Origin: Lentimonas sp.
GTDB lineage: Bacteria; Verrucomicrobiota; Verrucomicrobiia; Opitutales; Coraliomargaritaceae
Assembly (NCBI GenBank): GCA_039768155.1
Contig: JBDNAY010000018.1
Coordinates: 7,902-71,901 of the forward strand
Direction: 5' to 3'
Length of the DNA stretch: 64,000 nucleotides
The notes under the pieces were generated by a model. That model saw only the letters and a program-made list of their open reading frames with translations. It was not told where the DNA came from and made no database searches. Positions 57,137 to 64,000 of this stretch are shown here, piece after piece (positions within the stretch are counted from its first letter, which is position 1; each line of letters begins with the position of its first letter). The translations under genes and the position numbers were made by a program.

Positions 57137-57913
57137 ATGAGAATATATTACTTATTACTCTATGCGATCCTACTTGTCGTCACATACAGCATCTCTTCCG
57201 CGAATTCGCTCTCTATAATATTCCGAACAGACGATCTGGAATTCGAGGAATCATGGAATTGTTACTGTAATGGCCTACGTCTTTCACATGATTTAGTATT
57301 GAATGAGGACGACCTAAGACGCCTTGAAAGATACAGTGAGCAGGGAGAACTAATTGCTGCTCCTAAAGAGATCTTTAAAAATCGACAAATCATCGCGTAT
57401 CCCAAGCAGTTCCAAATTGAAATTAAACTAGATGACTCAATCAATATTTCGCCCGAGATGCTTCAATGTCTAGGTGATATATATATTGATCATTTACTGG
57501 CGCAAATGGTCAACGAGATCATGCAGCCAATGAATGCATTAGTCTTCCAAGCTGCTACACTCAAAAGTAAACTGAAGAAGACGCCAGAAACGTCTGAAGA
57601 GCATAAGCATCTAAGCACTGAATTTGAGCAACTACTTGTTGAAATGCAGAACCTTAAAGCCAAATACGGTCGCTTAATTCAGATGCGACCGCGTTGGCAC
57701 ATTCACGATCAAGCGAATGGGGCAGTACGAAATACAAAAGCAAGGAGCACCGTAAAAGGTAGCAAGAGCCATGCTGGGTATCTCTGGCCGCGCGCCCTAC
57801 AGTTGGGTGCCTCTGAGAACTTTTTAGATGCTCAGTGTGATTCTATTTCTGTAGGAGGGGTAAACGCTCTCCTACATTGCTTCGCGACCTTGAATGGGCT
57901 TAAACAATTGTAG
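57137..57913 (+). CDS. Hypothetical secreted/anchored protein, low-GC orphan
   Basis: MRIYYLLLYAILLVVTYSISSANS is signal-like. Visibly more AT-rich than the flanks. No family recognised. Confidence 0.5.
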   Translation: MRIYYLLLYAILLVVTYSISSANSLSIIFRTDDLEFEESWNCYCNGLRLSHDLVLNEDDLRRLERYSEQGELIAAPKEIFKNRQIIAYPKQFQIEIKLDDSINISPEMLQCLGDIYIDHLLAQMVNEIMQPMNALVFQAATLKSKLKKTPETSEEHKHLSTEFEQLLVEMQNLKAKYGRLIQMRPRWHIHDQANGAVRNTKARSTVKGSKSHAGYLWPRALQLGASENFLDAQCDSISVGGVNALLHCFATLNGLKQL

Positions 57914-57962
57914 GTTTCCAGAGATGCCCAGTGTTAAATCCTAATGCCAACGACTTCGACGT

Positions 57963-58835
57963 TTACGGTCTAGGTGATTCAGAGCGATTCGAGTATCCGT
58001 AGAGTTCGATTTTCAGTTTCTTTGCTTTGAGTAGCAGGGATGCTTTATCTAAGAGTAAAACTCGGCCAGATTCAAGAGCCGCGGTTCGGATGCCTGCTGC
58101 ATCCATCATTTCGAGTGTGCGTTCACCGAATACAGGAACGTCGAAGCGATAGTCCTGCTTGCATTTTACGGTTTTAACAAAAATGAGTCCGTCGGTTTTA
58201 AAGGTGCCCGCGCGCTGCAGCATTGGATCAGTTCCTTCGTAGGCTTCGACGGCTAAGACGGTTCCTTTACGGACGACAACACCTTGTCCAATGTCCAGGT
58301 CGGCGGCGCCATTGGCGATGTGGATGCCGTGTTGAATATGTTCCATGTCTGCCTTTAAGCTACCTGGTGTCATGAGTCCTTTGGAGGCCAATTGATCATC
58401 CAAGAAGGAACGTGCATCTAGCATAGAAATATCAACTGCCTCGATTTCTGCGGCAATCGCGCCGAAGATGGTTTCGGCATTCTTTTGCTTTAAGCTATTT
58501 AAAATTTTGAGCGTTTTTAAGTCGGGATGTAATCCGTGGAAGAGGCGACGTGGAGTGATTTGCCCAGCCATGACAGCGTAACGGCAGCCAAGTTTTTGCA
58601 ATGACTTCAGCATCTTGCCGAGCTGGCCGACTTTTATCTGAATATGTGCATCCTTCGGTAGTTGTGCGACCCAGTCCATATCGGTCTCATCATGGAAAGA
58701 AATGACGCGAAGCGGTAAACCCGCAGCAATAATCCGCTCAGCCATCAAGATGGGGTAGCGCCCTTTGCCCGCGATTAGACCGATTGGATCGGCTTTGAAA
58801 TCATCGGCAAGGAACTGTGATAGGGTATTCATCAA
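57963..58835 (-). CDS. lpxI: UDP-2,3-diacylglucosamine diphosphatase LpxI (DUF1009)
   Basis: IGLIAGKGRYPILMAERI at the N-terminus and C-terminal DIGQGVVVRKGTVLAVEAYEGTDPML. Confidence 0.75.
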   Translation of the reverse strand: MMNTLSQFLADDFKADPIGLIAGKGRYPILMAERIIAAGLPLRVISFHDETDMDWVAQLPKDAHIQIKVGQLGKMLKSLQKLGCRYAVMAGQITPRRLFHGLHPDLKTLKILNSLKQKNAETIFGAIAAEIEAVDISMLDARSFLDDQLASKGLMTPGSLKADMEHIQHGIHIANGAADLDIGQGVVVRKGTVLAVEAYEGTDPMLQRAGTFKTDGLIFVKTVKCKQDYRFDVPVFGERTLEMMDAAGIRTAALESGRVLLLDKASLLLKAKKLKIELYGYSNRSESPRP

Positions 58836-58840
58836 AATGA

Positions 58841-59661
58841 TTACTCAGTATACTCGTAAGGACGAGCGGAGGGAATCTCATAGTATGTACTTGGCATGAT
58901 GAGAATTGGAGTGGCTGGCGCGTCGCCTACAGTAGCTTTAAAATGGACGCGATTTGATGCGTGGAAAGTCGCATCGGCAAATGCTTGTTTCGTTGGGTCG
59001 ATCTGTGTCATATCGATTATTTCGGTGATCTCACCTAAGGATGCGCTCAGTGCGTTGATTCGAATACCATTGAATTTTGAAATGAATTCTCGATGCTCGC
59101 CATTTGCATAATAGAAGGTCGCGTTGCCTCCAAAGGTTATAATCGTGGTGCCTGTGTCCGATTGCTCAATTCGGCAATTTGCTGAGTGGATTCGGACGGT
59201 TCCGTTTGGAGTGTTGACTCTGACTTGGGAGCGCGGAGAGATTCCTTCGCTCGATACATTGATGGCGCCGGAGATGAGTTTTATATCAATCGCAGAAGTC
59301 GACGGTTCGAAGTCGAGCTTCGCTCGTTCTTCCGAGAATGGTGATTGCTTGTAGCTGATGAACGACACCTCTGTCGTTGCGTCGATACCGATGCCTAAAC
59401 CGTTCGAGCAGGCTAGAAAAAGATGCCCGTCCTGCTTCGTTTGTATCGTTTGATCACTTAAGCTGAGAGCTTCATGCAAAGCAACCCTGAAAGTCCCCTC
59501 GGTGGGATCAATTATTTGTGCGGCACCTTGAGTGCTCGTGACGATGGCGATCCCTGGGGTACTTAGAGAGAAGTTCTGAGCATTCAGAGTAGACAGCGCG
59601 CAAGCAATCATCGCGGAGATGATTGAAAGTCGAAATGTCATACGCTGATAAATCGAAGACA

Positions 59662-59662
<1 letters not shown>
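58841..59662 (-). CDS. Secreted hypothetical protein (FecR-like beta-rich domain?)
   Basis: Signal peptide ...IACALSTLNAQ. Its start overlaps the leuS stop as TAATG. Confidence 0.6.
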
Positions 59663-62241
<2,579 letters not shown>

Positions 62242-62432
62242 GTTTAGAAAACGGAGGATTTAGAAGGCTCTCGGCGCGGTCGTCAAGGTGCTATGAGCCT
62301 TTAAAAGTTGGAAGTTCGAAGTGATTTTGATCATGGGGTAATTTTGAGCTAGGGAGCGCGTGGACCTAGCGCTTTCCAATGGATACTGTGTGATATTCGT
62401 GCGAGCTTGAATAACTGTCTAAAAAATGTAGC

Positions 62433-62452
62433 AACGGCGCTCTGTCGCCGTT
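62433..62452. repeat. Hairpin with CTCTGT loop (same loop class as the 12086/20686 family)
   Basis: AACGGCG-CTCTGT-CGCCGTT. Confidence 0.5.
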
Positions 62453-62581
62453 TAGAGTATTTCTGACAGGATTAGGCTTGTATCAACGATCGCGTCGGTA
62501 GAGTGACTCGGCTACATCCCTAAATAAGTTGGATGCAGTATTCTTGAGGAAGTTTCCATGCTCGCGTCCTAGATACATTCC

Positions 62582-63172
62582 ATGAATGGCTTGATCTCTG
62601 CAGATTTTCCTCACATGTTGTCACTAATGCCAAATCACTCCCACTTTTTCTGTTTAATCGCTGCATTTCTTTTCTGCGCCAGCTCTGTATTTGCAAAGCT
62701 CGGAGGAGGGCTCGAAGGACTCACAAAGAGCAATACACAGCTCATTAATAAACGGGTGGAGCGCAAAGTATGGCAATCAAAGGAAAATGCAGACATGATG
62801 AAGAAGAGTTTCCCGATTCAGGAGTGGGATAAGCATTTTTCCAGTGTCGGCTCGAAACGTTCGCCCATTTCCTTGAAAGAGGACCGCGATAAGAAAATCT
62901 TTAAGACAAATACCAAAGAGTTTCCGACCAAAGAGTTCAATATGGCTGGTTGGAATGAGGAATTTGTTGATTTACATACCAATGCTCAGATCAGCACTGA
63001 CGACAAGGCACGGAAGATCGCCGACCGTAAGCTTTACCAGATGATGATGCGTGACGCTAAAAATTATTCAGAGCTTGGTGAGAATGTATCTCTGCGGGAC
63101 ATCAATAAATATCAATTTCGCCGTAATCGTTCGAGCGATGAAGTGCCAGTTGAAACTATTGGTAATCGGTAG
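62582..63172 (+). CDS. Secreted lysine-rich hypothetical protein
   Basis: Internal signal-like FFCLIAAFLFCASSVFA, so the start is uncertain. No family recognised. Confidence 0.5.
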   Translation: MNGLISADFPHMLSLMPNHSHFFCLIAAFLFCASSVFAKLGGGLEGLTKSNTQLINKRVERKVWQSKENADMMKKSFPIQEWDKHFSSVGSKRSPISLKEDRDKKIFKTNTKEFPTKEFNMAGWNEEFVDLHTNAQISTDDKARKIADRKLYQMMMRDAKNYSELGENVSLRDINKYQFRRNRSSDEVPVETIGNR

Positions 63173-63309
63173 GCACTTGTGGAGCGCTTGCGGGGGAGGG
63201 CTGCAGCGACCGCATAGCATCGTTGACCGTTCAATCGGATCAGGGAAATCGGCGATTAATTGGTCGAAATTACTTGCTAGTCCTTTATTGCTGTATTCAA
63301 AACCTTGTT

Positions 63310-64000
63310 ATGATTTCTACACAATCTAGCCTAGCGCGTTTGCTGAATATTCGGTTGATTCGTATCGTTACCGCACTCTTCATGTTGAGTTTTGGCGCAC
63401 TGTTTGCCGCAGGAGGCGGAGGGCATGGAGCTGATGGAGGTCATGATATACATAGTTTGCCTATGGCCTTGGATGCTTACTATGAGAATGAAGTGGCACG
63501 TGCCGCCGAGCTCGGGGTCGCTCACGAGGATTTAGCACTACTTGAAATCTTGAAAGTCCGCGCCGCAGAAGACCCAGTTAATGTGATTGCGTCGGTGCTA
63601 TTCTTATTAGCGATCCTGCACACATTTGCAGCTGGTCCGATCATGAAGATGGCACACAAGGCAGAGCATGCACACGATGAAGCAGTTCAGAAAGACCTAC
63701 GTGTTTATCATGAAGGAAAGCACCCTGTTAGTTTTAAGGCGACTGCATTGCACTTCTTGGGTGAAATTGAAGCCATTTTTGGCATCTGGCTGATTCCGCT
63801 TTTGTTATCAATTACTGTGCTCCATGGATGGCACGCAACGACACTTTATATTGATACCCGTAATTATACCGAGCCGCTTTTCGTGGTCGTCATTATGGCG
63901 ATTGCCGCATCGCGACCAGTTGTGGCAATTGCTGAATCTGCCCTCAGTGCAGTTGCCAGTGTTGGAAAAAAGACACCTGCCGCATGGTGGCTGTCGATTC
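63310..64000 (+). CDS. Polytopic membrane protein, 3' end beyond window (possibly the putative Na+/H+ antiporter DUF1504 family)
   Basis: From ATG 63310, frame 1 stays open to the window end. It is missing from the ORF track because no stop is reached. Several TM helices (VIASVLFLLAILHTF, IFGIWLIPLLLSI, LFVVVIMAIAA). Confidence 0.65.
   Translation, partial: MISTQSSLARLLNIRLIRIVTALFMLSFGALFAAGGGGHGADGGHDIHSLPMALDAYYENEVARAAELGVAHEDLALLEILKVRAAEDPVNVIASVLFLLAILHTFAAGPIMKMAHKAEHAHDEAVQKDLRVYHEGKHPVSFKATALHFLGEIEAIFGIWLIPLLLSITVLHGWHATTLYIDTRNYTEPLFVVVIMAIAASRPVVAIAESALSAVASVGKKTPAAWWLSI

Overview
64-kb chromosomal segment of roughly 50-55% GC (judged by eye). PEP-CTERM anchors, a DUF1559/prepilin-type protein, a PVC-type small basic protein, SHD1-like modules, and a sulfatase next to polysaccharide lyases suggest a marine Verrucomicrobiota-like (PVC) genome; this is inference only, no search was run. 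Content falls into five groups. (1) A sulfated-polysaccharide degradation block at 1-8300. (2) Housekeeping genes: yaaA, recQ-like, parC-like, pckG, ptsH, a crcB pair, psd, pntAA/AB/B, lpxI and leuS. (3) Two RND efflux systems, one a complete tetR-OMF-MFP-RND operon. (4) A hexosamine-type utilisation cluster with GH20, a ROK regulator and an SSS transporter. (5) tRNA-Leu and tRNA-Tyr. No CRISPR array, rRNA or intact mobile element was seen. Three things stand out. First, decayed genes are unusually dense: PEP-CTERM genes, DUF1080, ThuA, a histidine kinase and an IS630 transposase. Second, there are two families of short non-coding elements I cannot assign to a known class: hairpins with a conserved RCRGAG loop and CCTCC flank but covarying stems, arranged as inverted doublets, and 7-nt-periodic GAAC/GTTC arrays beside start codons. 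Third, there are several oddities: a tRNA-Leu that reads as anticodon AAG with a duplicated 3' end, and an RGG-rich protein with a histone-H1-like tail. All family assignments come from motif recognition by eye and need database confirmation.
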